Made by a program: the position numbers and the translations under genes. Positions 38,944 through 49,916 of a stretch of DNA of 64,000 nt are shown here, one piece after another. Position 1 is the first letter of the stretch. Each line of letters begins with the position of its first letter. The DNA is from Isurus oxyrinchus (lineage: Eukaryota), in contig JANJGN010000140.1 of NCBI GenBank assembly GCA_026770705.1, positions 1,178,001 to 1,242,000 on the forward strand, given 5' to 3'. The notes beneath the pieces are model-generated. The model did no database searches. It was not told where the DNA came from and saw only the letters and a program-made list of their open reading frames with translations.

Positions 38944-41900
38944 AATAAAATCAAAGAAAACTGCGGATGCTGGAAATCCAAAACAAAAACAGAATTACCT
39001 GGAAAAACTCAGCAGGTCTGGCAGCATCGGCGGAGAAGAAAAGAGTTGACGTTTCGAGTCTTCATGACCCTTCGACAGAACTTGATTTCGAGTCCAAGAA
39101 AGAGTTGAAATATAAGCTGGTTTAAGGTGTGTGTGTGGGGGGGGCAGAGAGAGAGAGAGAGAGACAGAGGTGCTTGTGTAGACAAACAAGCAGTGATAGA
39201 AGCAGATCATCAAAAGATGTCAGTGACAATGGGACAAAAGAACACATAGGTGTTAAAGTTAAAGTTGGTGATATTATCTAAACGAATGTGCTAATTAAGA
39301 ATGGATGGTAGGGCACTCAAGGTACAGCTCTAGTGGGGGTGGGGGGAGAATAAAAGATTTTAAAATATTTAAAAATAATGGAAATAGGTGGGAAAAGAAA
39401 AATCTATAAAATTTATAGGGAAAAAAAAGGGGAAAAAAAGGGGGAAACAGAAAGGGGGTGGGGATGGGGGAGGGAGCTCACGACCTAAAGTTATTGAATT
39501 CAATATTCAGACCGGAAGGCTGTAAGGTGCCTAGTCGGAAGATGAGGTGTTGTTCCTCCAGTTTGCGTTGGGCTTCACTGGAACAATGCAGTAAGCCAAG
39601 GAGAGACATGTGGGCAAGAGAGCAGGGTGGAGTGTTAAAATGGCAAGCGACAGGGAGGTTTGGGTCATTCTTGCGGACAGACCGCAGGTGTTCTGCAAAG
39701 CGGTCGCCCAGTTTACGTTTGGTCTCTCCAATGTAGAGGAGACCACATTGGGAGCAACGAATGCAGTAGACTAAGTTGGGGGAAATGCAAGTGAAATGCT
39801 GCTTCACTTGAAAGGAGTGTTTGGGCCCTTGGACGGTGAGGAGAGAGGAAGTGAAGGGGCAGGTGTTACATCTTTAGCGTGGGCATGGGGTGGTGCCATA
39901 GGAGGGGGTTGAGGAGTAGGGGGTGATGGAGGAGTGGACCAGGGTGTCCCGGAGGGAGCGATCCCTACGGAATGCCGATAAGGGGGGGTGAAGGGAAGAT
40001 GTGTTTGGTGGTGGCATCATGCTGGAGTTGGCGGAAATGGCGGAGGATGATCCTTTGAATGCGGAGGCTGGTGGGGTGATAAGTGAGGACAAGGGGGACC
40101 CTATCATGTTTCTGGGAGGGAGGAGAAGGCGTGAGGGCGGATGCGCAGGAGATGGGCCGGACACGTTTGAGGGCCCTGTCAACGACCGTCGGTGGAAAAC
40201 CTCGGTTAAGGAAGAAGGAGGACATGTCAGAGGAACCGTTTTTGAAGGTAGCATCATCGGAACAGATGCGACGAAGGCGAAGGAACTGGGAGAATGGGAT
40301 GGAGTCCTTACAGGAAGCGGGGTGTGAGGAGCTGTAGTCGAGGTAGCTGTGGGAGTCGGTGGGTTTGTAATGGATATTAGTGGACAGTCTATCACCAGAG
40401 ATTGAGACAGAGAGGTCAAGGAAGGGAAGGGAAGTGTCAGAGATGGACCACGTGAAAATGATGGAGGGGTGGAGATTGGAAGCAAAATTAATAAATTTTT
40501 CCAAGTCCCGACGAGAGCATGAAGCGGCACCGAAGTAATCATCGATGTACCGGAGAAAAAGTTGTGTTAATTAGCACATTCGTTTAGATAATATCACCAA
40601 CTTTAACTTTAACACCTATGTGTTCTTTTGTCCCATTGTCACTGACATCTTTTGATGATCTGCTTCTATCACTGCTTGTTTGTCTACACAAGCACCTCTG
40701 TCTCTCTCTCTCTCTCTCTGCCCCCCCCCACACACACACCTGAAACCAGCTTATATTTCAACACTTTCTTGGACTCGAAATCAAGTTCTGTCGAAGGGTC
40801 ATGAAGACTCGAAATGTCAACTCTTTTCTTCTCCGCCGATGCTGCCAGACCTGCTGAGTTTTTCCAGGTAATTCTGTTTTTGTTTTGGATTTTCAGCATC
40901 CGCAGTTTTCTTTGATTTTATCTCTGTGTTTAATTGACTGCCACTGCACTTCAAGAAATGCCTACCTCCTTGAAGAAGTTCTGTTCCTCTCTGCGACAAG
41001 ATTTCCGTATCTCTCTGTTGCCTTGTTCACCTTCTTTGCTTTCCATTTCCCTCCTAGTGTTTGACAAGGTGTTTACTAAAACCCGCTTTCACAGCCACAT
41101 CTCCTTTCTCAGTGACTGCCTCCGTCTCCGACTTACCCCACGTGGATTTCAACTGAAATTCCACCCCTCATCTTTCGAACCCACCCAGGATTACCGGTAT
41201 CTCCGGGACATAAAACGTTTCTCAGACTGCTGTTCCCATCACATTCTGAAATCCACACTCAGTGCCATGCGCCGCCATATGAACACACTCGACCTATCCC
41301 TCCAGCAGCACCGCCTTACCCTTTTTCAAAGCTGCGCGTGCCCCCAGTTTCATTTTATCCTTCGGCTCATCCGACGCCTCAACAAGAAACTATTTCTCTT
41401 TCTCTCAACTGCTAAGGAACGCAAGCTCCAACAACTCATCGACACCAACACCCATCTAGGACCCTCCACCCCAGCCTGTCCCTCCGTCCCCACCCCATCT
41501 TCCAATCCCAGCCCCAGCCGTGTATTCACTATACCCCCTGACCTTCCCCTCTCCGATGCTGAACGTTCAGTGCTCAGCAAAGGACTTAGTTTCATACCCT
41601 TACGCCCTCACCTCAATGAATTTCGGGCTCGGCATGATACTGAACTCTTCTTTCGCCGTCTTCGTCTCTGGGCTCACTTCTTTGGGCAGGAGTCCTCTCC
41701 CAGTTCAACGGATCCTTTTACCCATCTCCAATATTCTCCCTCCACCTGGACCCCTCCCTCTGGATTCTTACCGTCTCTTGATCTTTTCATTGAGAACTGT
41801 CAGCGCGACATTAGTCGTCTCAATTTCTCTGCTCCTCTCACCCATTCTAACCTGTCTCTCTCTGAACTTACTGCACTCCATTCTCTCAGGTCCAACCCTG

Positions 41901-44099
41901 ACATTGTCATCAAACCCGCTGACAAGGGTGGTGCTGTTGTTGTCTGGCGCACTGACCTCTACCTCGCGGAGGCTGAGCGTCAACTCGCAGACACTTCCTC
42001 CTACCTCTCCCTGGACCATGACCCCACCACTGAACATCAAGCCATTGTTTCCAGGACTGTCACTGACCTCATCTCCTCTGGGGATCTCCCTCCCACAGCT
42101 TCCAACCTGATAGTCACCCAACCTCGGACGGCCCGCTTCTATCTCCTACCTAAAATCCACAAACAGAACTGCCCCGGTAGACCGATCGTCTCAGCTTGCT
42201 CCTGCCCCACAGAACTCATTTCTCGTTATCTTGACTCCCTTCTCTCTCCCCTTGTCCAGTCCCTTCCCACCTACATCCGTGATTCCTCTGACACCTTACG
42301 TCACATCAACAATTTCCAGTTCCCTGGCTCCAACCGCTTCCTCTTCACCATGGACGTCCAATCCCTCTACACCTCCATCCCCCACCAGGATGGTCTGAGG
42401 GCCCTTAGCTTCTTCCTCGAACAGAGGCCCGAACAATCCCCATCCACCACTACTCTCCTCCATCTGGCTGAACTTGTTCTCACGTTGAACAATTTCTCCT
42501 TCAACTCCTCTCACTTTCTCCAAATAAAAGGTGTGGCTATGGGTACCCGCATGGGCCCCAGCTATGCCTGTCTCTTTATGGGATATGTGGAACATTCCTT
42601 GTTGCAGTCCTACCCCGGCCCCCTTCCACAACTTTTTCTCCGGTACATCGATGATTACTTCAGTGCCGCTTCATGCTCTCGTCGGGACTTGGAAAAATTT
42701 ATTAATTTTGCTTCCAATCTCCACCCCTCCATCATTTTCACGTGGTCCATCTCTGACACTTCCCTTCCCTTCCTTGACCTCTCTGTCTCAATCTCTGGTG
42801 ATAGGCTGTCCACTAATATCCATTACAAACCCACCGACTCCCACAGCTACCTCGACTACAGCTCCTCACACCCCGCTTCCTGTAAGGACTCCATCCCATT
42901 CTCCCAGTTCCTTCGCCTTTGTCGCATCTGTTCCGATGATGCTACCTTCAAAAACGGTTCCTCTGACATGTCCTCCTTCTTCCTTAACCGAGGTTTTCCA
43001 CCGACGGTCGTTGACAGGGCCCTCAAACGTGTCCGGCCCATCTCCTGCGCATCCGCCCTCACGCCTTCTCCTCCCTCCCAGAAACATGATAGGGTCCCCC
43101 TTGTCCTCACTTATCACCCCACCAGCCTCCGCATTCAAAGGATCATCCTCCGCCATTTCCGCCAACTCCAGCATGATGCCACCACCAAACACATCTTCCC
43201 TTCACCCCCCTTATCGGCATTCCGTAGGGATCGCTCCCTCCGGGACACCCTGGTCCACTCCTCCATCACCCCCTACTCCTCAACCCCCTCCTATGGCACC
43301 ACCCCATGCCCACGCTAAAGATGTAACACCTGCCCCTTCACTTCCTCTCTCCTCACCGTCCAAGGGCCCAAACACTCCTTTCAAGTGAAGCAGCATTTCA
43401 CTTGCATTTCCCCCAACTTAGTCTACTGCATTCGTTGCTCCCAATGTGGTCTCCTCTACATTGGAGAGACCAAGCATAAACTTGGCGACCGCTTTGCAGA
43501 ACACCTGCGGTCTGTCCGCAAGAATGACCCAAACCTCCCTGTCGCTTGCCATTTTAACACTCCACCCTGCTCTCTTGCCCACATGTCTCTCCTTGGCTCA
43601 CTGCATTGTTCCAGTGAAGCCCAATGCAAACCGGAGGAACAACACCTCATCTTTCGACTAGGCACCTTACAGCCTTCCGGTCTGAATATTGAATTCAATA
43701 ACTTTAGGTCGTGAGCTCCCTCCCCCATCCCCACCCCCTTTCTGTTTCCCCCTTTTTTTCCCCCTTTTTTTCCCTATAAATTTTATAGATTTTTCTTTTC
43801 CCACCTATTTCCATTATTTTTAAATATTTTAAAATCTTTTATGCTCCCCCCACCCCCACTAGAGCTGTACCTTGAGTGCCCTACCATCCATTCTTAATTA
43901 ACACATTCGTTTAGATAATATCACCAACTTTAACTTTAACACCTATGTGTTCTTTTGTCCCATTGTCACTGACATCTTTTGATGATCTGCTTCTATCACT
44001 GCTTGTTTGTCTACACAAGCACCTCTGTCTCTCTCTGTCTCTCTCTGCCCCCCCACACCCACACCTTAAACCAGCTTATATTTCAACTCTTTCTTGGAC
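38944..44099 (+). mobile_element. Penelope-like retroelement: inverted 3' copy (38944-40566, minus), then pseudo-LTR (40567-40920), ORF, and 3' pseudo-LTR; TSD GACATGTTTCTCATTA
   Basis: RT and GIY-YIG ORF; near-identical inverted repeat; TSD at 38928-38943 and 44097-44112 (GAC overlaps the element end). Confidence 0.95.
40958..43714 (+). pseudogene. Penelope RT/GIY-YIG endonuclease ORF with one in-frame TAA (43316-43318)
   Basis: KPADKGGAVVVW, LLPKIHK, PGRPIVS, MDVQSLYTSI, GVAMGTRMGPSYA, RYIDD, LPFLD; then in frame CNTC..NLVYCIRCSQCGLLYIGETK..RFAEH. Confidence 0.93.
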
Positions 44100-44668
44100 A
44101 TGTTTCTCATTATACTGGCGGCTATCTTGGGCAGTAAGTACTGGATTATGTTCATAAAAACAGGTTAGCACATTGAGGCAAAGGGCTTGCACTAGCAATT
44201 AATAGGATTAACGATCAGATGTATACATATTGTGAACAGCTTGGTTCATTGGAATTTGCGCACAGTCATTTAGATAGACAGATGTTTAGATGGATCCTCT
44301 TTAACCGTATACTCTTCTGTTTTTCTACTTTCACAGGCGGGCTGTGTGCCGATCCAGTAACTCAGACCCCAGTGATGTTAAGCGTGTCAGAAGGGGGTTC
44401 GGTGCAGTTAGATTGCGAATATACAGACAAGGCTATATACAGTATGCAATGGTATCGGCATTATTCAGCACAGCCTCCAAGCTGGATAATTACCAAAGTA
44501 GTAGGGCTGAGAAAAGATGAAATCTCAGGACGATATCTGGCGGCTGCTGACAAGTCTAAATAGTACGGTTATCTCAATATAAGCAGACTGAGTGTGAAGG
44601 ATGGGGCGGTCTATTACTGTGCAGTGAGGCACAGCCTCACATAAAAGCCAGGAGCCCGTACAAAAACC
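44100..44668 (+). pseudogene. TCR V pseudogene, paralog of 34302-34830 (leader 44100-44133, V exon 44337-44629, RSS CACAGCC-23-ACAAAAACC at 44630-44668)
   Basis: MFLIILAAILG|SGLCADPVTQTP..LDCEY..MQWYRH..AADKSK*YGYLNISRLSVKDGAVYYCAVR; TAG at 44561-44563; promoter displaced to 38.7-38.9 kb by the Penelope insertion. Confidence 0.95.
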
Positions 44669-44747
44669 TCAGCGAGTTAGGCTAAGTGTTCTTGGTGGCT
44701 CCAACTGAGAAGTTAGTTTGTTTCTGGGTTCGTAGAGAACAAAAACT

Positions 44748-45149
44748 GACAGCTTTACGTGTGAAACATTAGAATTGCTGTAAACACCTATGGCCAAATC
44801 ATCAGAGATCTGGTCTGGGAAATGTTGAGGCTTATCCCCATGCCCCGAGTAACAGTGTCTCAGTAAATATCTCGGAGCTTACCGGGAATTTTGATGTACC
44901 AACGAGGTAGAGAAAGCTCACAGAAATGGAGTAACTGTAGCTGATCATTACGGTCTGTTCTTCCAGACAGTAAACTCAGAGGGATCCAGGGGCAGTGAGT
45001 CTGCGCCACTGCACCACTCGTTGCTGTAACAAACACAGAATGTGTCAAAGTCTGGGATTGAATTTAACACATGAAATAGACAATGACCCTTTAAACATCG
45101 GCTCACCGCACAGCACGGCCATTATCAGACAGGACAATCGGGAAAACAC
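44748..45149 (-). pseudogene. Decayed, 3'-truncated TCR V pseudogene related to the 47.7-kb V (leader 45107-45149 with ATG changed to GTG)
   Basis: Pieces ADSLPLDPSEFTVW / EQTVMISYSYS / WYIKIPGK / PRYLLRHCYSGHGDKPQHFPD align to the 47.7-kb V with frameshifts. Confidence 0.75.
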
Positions 45150-45340
45150 GGTGTCTGGTTCAGGCTTCGACAGAAAATAACAGAATTTTAAACGGATGTT
45201 GAAAATGCTTGTCTAAAATTAAAGAGGAAACTCCGATCAGGGAAATCTTTTTTTATTGGGCGACTGATGGACGTTTCCTTATGAACCTCCCAGCTTTCTG
45301 ATTCCTGCACCGACGACAAACCGTGACGGTCACCCTGGCA

Positions 45341-45897
45341 GGTTTTTGTATGGTCCCTCCTGATCTTTGCTGCACTGTGCCTCAACAGCGCAGAAATAGG
45401 TGGCGGTGTCTATCACTCGAGCATCACTAACATTCAGAGCACTGCTCCTCTCTGCTGAAATGAACTGAGCCGTGATCCTGTCCCGATCGCTGGTACCAGT
45501 CGCCAGGTGCTGCACGGTGCGGTCCGGGTATTGTCTGTACCACTGTAGGATTCATCCTGCTGCTGTGGTGGAACAGCTCAACGATGCAGTGTCTTCCTCG
45601 GTAACACCCAGTGACTCAGGAGACTGTGATACTTCTTCACTGCCAGTTGCATCTGAAAATAATATGTAGATATAGAGTAATTTCATGAAAACAATATTAT
45701 CTAGTACAATAAAATATAGCAGAGCACAATAGAGCACAACATAACATACTACATGATATGCAATAAAGCAAAGTACAAAGTAACACAGCATAACAAATGT
45801 GTAAAACTATGTGTAAATTATTCCTGTCTGAAATAGCAATCGTACTCATACGGGGGGAAGAGTAAGACATCCAGACAGATTGGAAGCTTAGCTTCAT
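45341..45897 (-). pseudogene. TCR alpha-type V with a single nonsense codon and a perfect 23-RSS (leader 45852-45897, V exon 45380-45652)
   Basis: EEVSQSPESLGVTEEDTASLSCSTTAAG*ILQWYRQYPD..SALNVSDARVIDTATYFCAVE; TGA at 45552-45554; CACAGTG-23-ACAAAAACC at 45341-45379. Confidence 0.93.
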
Positions 45898-46489
45898 GTT
45901 GGATTCTATCGACTTGTGTAGAGTAAATCTAAACAGATTCAGGCCAAGGAAGGCTGTCGGAGGAGGCAGCCCTGTGGCAAATCAAACTGAGCTCAACACC
46001 AGTTACACTGTGTCCGCCAGACCCGGGTCTCTAGCACTTGATGGGATGTCGTGGTTTGGGGGGGGTGGGGGGGGGGGGGGGGGGTGGAATGCGCATACGT
46101 CAGGGCATTTGTAATATGTAATATTTGTGACGCCACCCTACAGTCTGTGTGACGTCAGCCAGTCAGGTTGGAGGATCAGAAACATCATTCCCGGAGTTGA
46201 TCTGAATATCGAGCCCGGGGTTTAAGGGAATTAACAGCTGATCAGAAACAGGAAGAACGGTTTAACCTGTAGATTGATTTGACGATGGGTGTGTTCTGTA
46301 GAATCAGATTCTGCAGTTTTTCTCCCTCGGCCGCCGCTGGAAACAGATGGGTGACAGTTTGATCCGAGGTGAATGTGGTTTCCTCTCTGTTTCTGTCTGA
46401 GCGGCAGACAGGGCCGGCGAACATTATGGCTGCACCTGCCCGAGATTCGATACAAACTCAACAGGCAGGAGCTCCCAAACATAGCTCAA

Positions 46490-46961
46490 AGTACGGGGAG
46501 TGAGACTGCTTCCCATCATTAACTCCGGCTGAGAGCTCTGCTTCTAATCCACTCTTCAGAGTCACTTTCTCCACTCAGAGAGAGAGGTTTGATTCCCTGA
46601 ACGGTGCATTTGCTGTTTTCTATCTCAACGATTGCTTGTAGGCATGAGTAAGACTGCCTCTGTGAATACATTCGGATTGGAATCAGCCGGTACCAGAATA
46701 AAATACAGTCACTCTATGTAATATCATAGGTGAAATTTAAAGCAGCTACCTCTCCTTCTGTCTTAACAGTTGAGGACAGTACCTGAGTGACAGGGCCTTC
46801 ATGATGCAGATCTGAAACACATGGTCAAGCAGGAAATATTCGTACCGGAGAGTGTTTAAAATTCAGATTGAAACCATGTTTCGAAAGTGAGATGAAATGT
46901 GTCTATTTCACAGTTCCCTGTCAGAAATACCCATACAACCCAATTGCTGCCTGACGGCATT
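46490..46961 (-). pseudogene. Chimeric TCR V relic, paralog of the 52.3-kb V; 3' half replaced by unrelated sequence
   Basis: GPVTQVLSSTVKTEGEVAALNFTYDIT*SDCILFWYRL, then about 155 bp of foreign sequence, then an RSS-spacer remnant and 3' flank homologous to 52070-52290. Confidence 0.8.
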
Positions 46962-47668
46962 GTCGCTCCCCGCTCTGTAAAAGGGAAATTGAGATTGGGA
47001 GAAACTCACTCTAATCTGCACCATCAATAATCGGTTGTCATTCTCATGATCCTCTCATCTCACTTTCTTTTGCCTCAGTTGACGCTTTAAGAACTGTAAG
47101 TGGTGGAGTGGCTGTCAGCGACTGGAAGCAGTCCGAGCGGGGCTATAGTCCGTATAATGGAGATGGTTACATTGTTAGGGACAGGAGTGGGGATGGTTCC
47201 CCTTGTCTGGTTATTGAAAAACAGAATCACTAGATTGTGAATTATGTCAGAAAACATTAAACAGATACTCGAAAAGACAATGAAAATTGAGGGAACTCTG
47301 TGCTTGGGGCTTGTTTAATAGAGCGCAATCATTACCTTGTGAAATGTATTCATTTTCCATATACCTTCCCTGAACCAGAAAAGTACTCTGATCAAATAGA
47401 CAACATGTGCGGCTTTGACCAAAGAGACCTCGAAAAGGACGGTGGGGATCAAGAAAGGGCTGAAAAATAATTCAGACAGGCAAGAAAAGATCATCAAAAT
47501 GCAAAATGTGACTCAACGCACCAGAAATTAATTTGTGAAATTAATTTTTAGTATGGAATTGCTCAGTTGCTACTCACCTGTTCTTGTTCAGTGTTATGTT
47601 TGGGTTTGATATTTTATTAATGACTCTGTGACACCCACAGGCTGAATTGTTTCTTTTTATCGGTGTGA

Positions 47669-47684
47669 GACCGCCCTCTGCTGA
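47669..47684 (-). promoter_or_regulatory. RSS-adjacent CTCF-like motif
   Basis: TCAGCAGAGGGCGGTC, 23 bp past the nonamer; homologous motifs at 32156-32171, 37090-37105 and 51327-51342. Confidence 0.6.
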
Positions 47685-47707
47685 GCGCTGACTGGAACTC
47701 CCAGTGG

Positions 47708-47747
47708 GGTTTTTGTACGGGATCCGCGATATCTCAGCAGCAGTGTG
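47708..47747 (-). promoter_or_regulatory. RSS with 24-bp spacer (CACACTG-24-ACAAAAACC)
   Basis: Heptamer 47741-47747, spacer 47717-47740, nonamer 47708-47716. Confidence 0.92.
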
Positions 47748-48179
47748 GTGTTCATGGCACAGAAATACACGGCGCTGTCGGAGAGAACAGACTCGGCGAC
47801 ATTCAAATGAACCGTTTTGTTTTCTTTGTGCAAAACACCAGTGAACTTGTCTGGGAAATCTGGAGACCTATCTGCATTCCCTGAGCTATATATCTTCATT
47901 AAATATATCGGAGCTTCCTCGGAATATTGGGTGTACCAGAACACAGCTGGAGCAGCAGTCGAGTAATTACAGTCCAATTCTATGCTCTGTCCTTCCAGAA
48001 CCGTTAATTCAGGGGGATCCTGGGACACCGAATCTTGGCCATTTGTTCCTATAACAAAACACATAATGTAGCAAATATCTGGAATTGAAGAAAGCAGGTG
48101 GAACAGATATTGACCATTTACACATTGACTCACCAGGCAGCAAGACTATTATTATCATGAAGGAACAAAGACAGCACAT
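47748..48179 (-). CDS. Intact TCR alpha/delta V gene segment (leader 48134-48179, V exon 47748-48048)
   Basis: MCCLCSFMIIIVLLP|GTNGQDSVSQDPPELTVLEGQSIELDCNYSTAAPAVFWYTQYSEEAPIYLMKIY..VHLNVAESVLSDSAVYFCAMNT; GTGAGT/tatag splice sites. Confidence 0.95.
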
Positions 48180-49916
48180 GGTGTCAAGATTAGAGGTCGG
48201 AAGAAATAAGGTAATATTTGAAATAGGTTGACAGTCTGTTCTGATATAAAGAGGAAATTCGGATCAGGGGCAGGCTTCACTTATTGAGAAATTGAGAGGC
48301 GTTTCCTAGCGATATGATTGGCTGGTCTCTCAGAACTGATGTGAGTTCGAAACCCATTAGTTCTGGACCGATTATTCCCCTGACTTTATCTTTCTCCCTG
48401 TCTTTCTCGGTATCGCTTCATCTGAGGATCCGTGTTTCTCGCACTGTTGTTGATTTAATTAGTCAGGGGCTGAATGGTCCTGGCGGAACCCAAGCTGGAC
48501 CTCAGTGAGCAGCTTATTGCTAAGCAAGTGCTGCTTGGTAGCACTGTTGTTGACCCCTTCCATCACTTTACTGATTATCGAGAGTAGTCTGATCGGGTGG
48601 TTGGATTTGTCCTGTTTCTTGTGTACAGAACATACCTGGGCAATTTACCACATTGCTGGGCATTCTCCGGTGTCTCTCAGATAGCACCCCTGAGAGATAT
48701 ACATGCACATTCGTATTGATCAATCTCTTCTGGTGGATATTTATTTAGAATGACTGACGTCCTTCAGTCTTCCTCCCCCAGTAATCCTCATACACATTCC
48801 CGATATCTACTCAAACATCCCTCGCTCTTCAACCCCCGGTCCGCACATTTTATTCTCTGATGCCCATTCCCTATTGTCCCAACACTGCTGTCTAATCCCC
48901 CATTCTTTCTCTCTAATGTCCTATTTCCATTTCTCAGCCCATATCATCACTGACGAATTTTTGATTCCCACTCGTTACGTTCCAAATCCCATTCTTTTTC
49001 CCACCATTTCAGATCTCTACCGACCCATCCCCGTTCTTTATCCTTAATCGCTGCATTTTCTCCCCTGAATCCAGCCCTGTTCATACAATTGCTAAAAGTG
49101 CCGCTCACTTTCTACTCTCTCCCAATTTCTATGTTTTGGACTGAAGTAATTGTAAACTGATCCAGTATCAGTGAATGTCGACGTGGACTCACAACATCAT
49201 GTGTTATTATTTTTGAGAGTTGATTTTAGGAGTAGAGCAAGATAGAAGTGATAGGTTTTCAGACAACCCTTCATCCAACGTTCAACAGCCGCAAGCAGCT
49301 GGGAGGATTGGCCGCTTTTTATAGTTCCCAGGCAACAGTTGATCTAATAACTCCACTCGCCTATGTTAAAGGAAACTCAGGCTCCTCCCACCTTTGCTTA
49401 TTGGACTGGACTCCTCATGCGTGACTCGTTGTAATGCCATGATTGGTGAGAATCGTGGTATATTCTCCACTAATTTCTGGGATTGGAGTTAACTGAAGGC
49501 CCAGACAGAGGAGATGTTGATCGATCTCTCCTCAGGAACGGATTTGGGCATCAGATCAGGCAACGACATTGCAACTCTCGGGATCCAGGATTAACTACAG
49601 CCCCAGTCAGTCGGGATGGATGTCACCACTCGCTTCTCGGGGACTGATTCTGGCAGTGCGACAGACATGGACGTTTTGCTCCCAGCTCTGGAGCAATCTC
49701 AGAACGTGAGGTGAAATGTTCTCTCTGCAATGGATAAATTGGTTGTTTAATTCGATGAAACGATTAGATATGTTGTGTGTCAGTGTGCAGCGAATTCTCC
49801 ATCCTCAGACCACCAAGGCCCCTGTATATTAGTACACACGCTGCTACGCAGGCCACACCCATAATAGATCAGATTGGAGTGCACACTGTGATTTTGGCTA
49901 CAGAGCCCCACCCCAT

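Noticed and set aside
39458-43734. Many overlapping alternate-frame and antisense ORFs (e.g. 42531..43388, 41520..42110)
   Set aside because: Shadow ORFs of the C-rich Penelope coding sequence.
49610-49710. Peptide RFSGTDSGSATD resembling Ig light-chain FR3
   Set aside because: No upstream Cys or WYQQ, no YYC and no RSS; likely chance.
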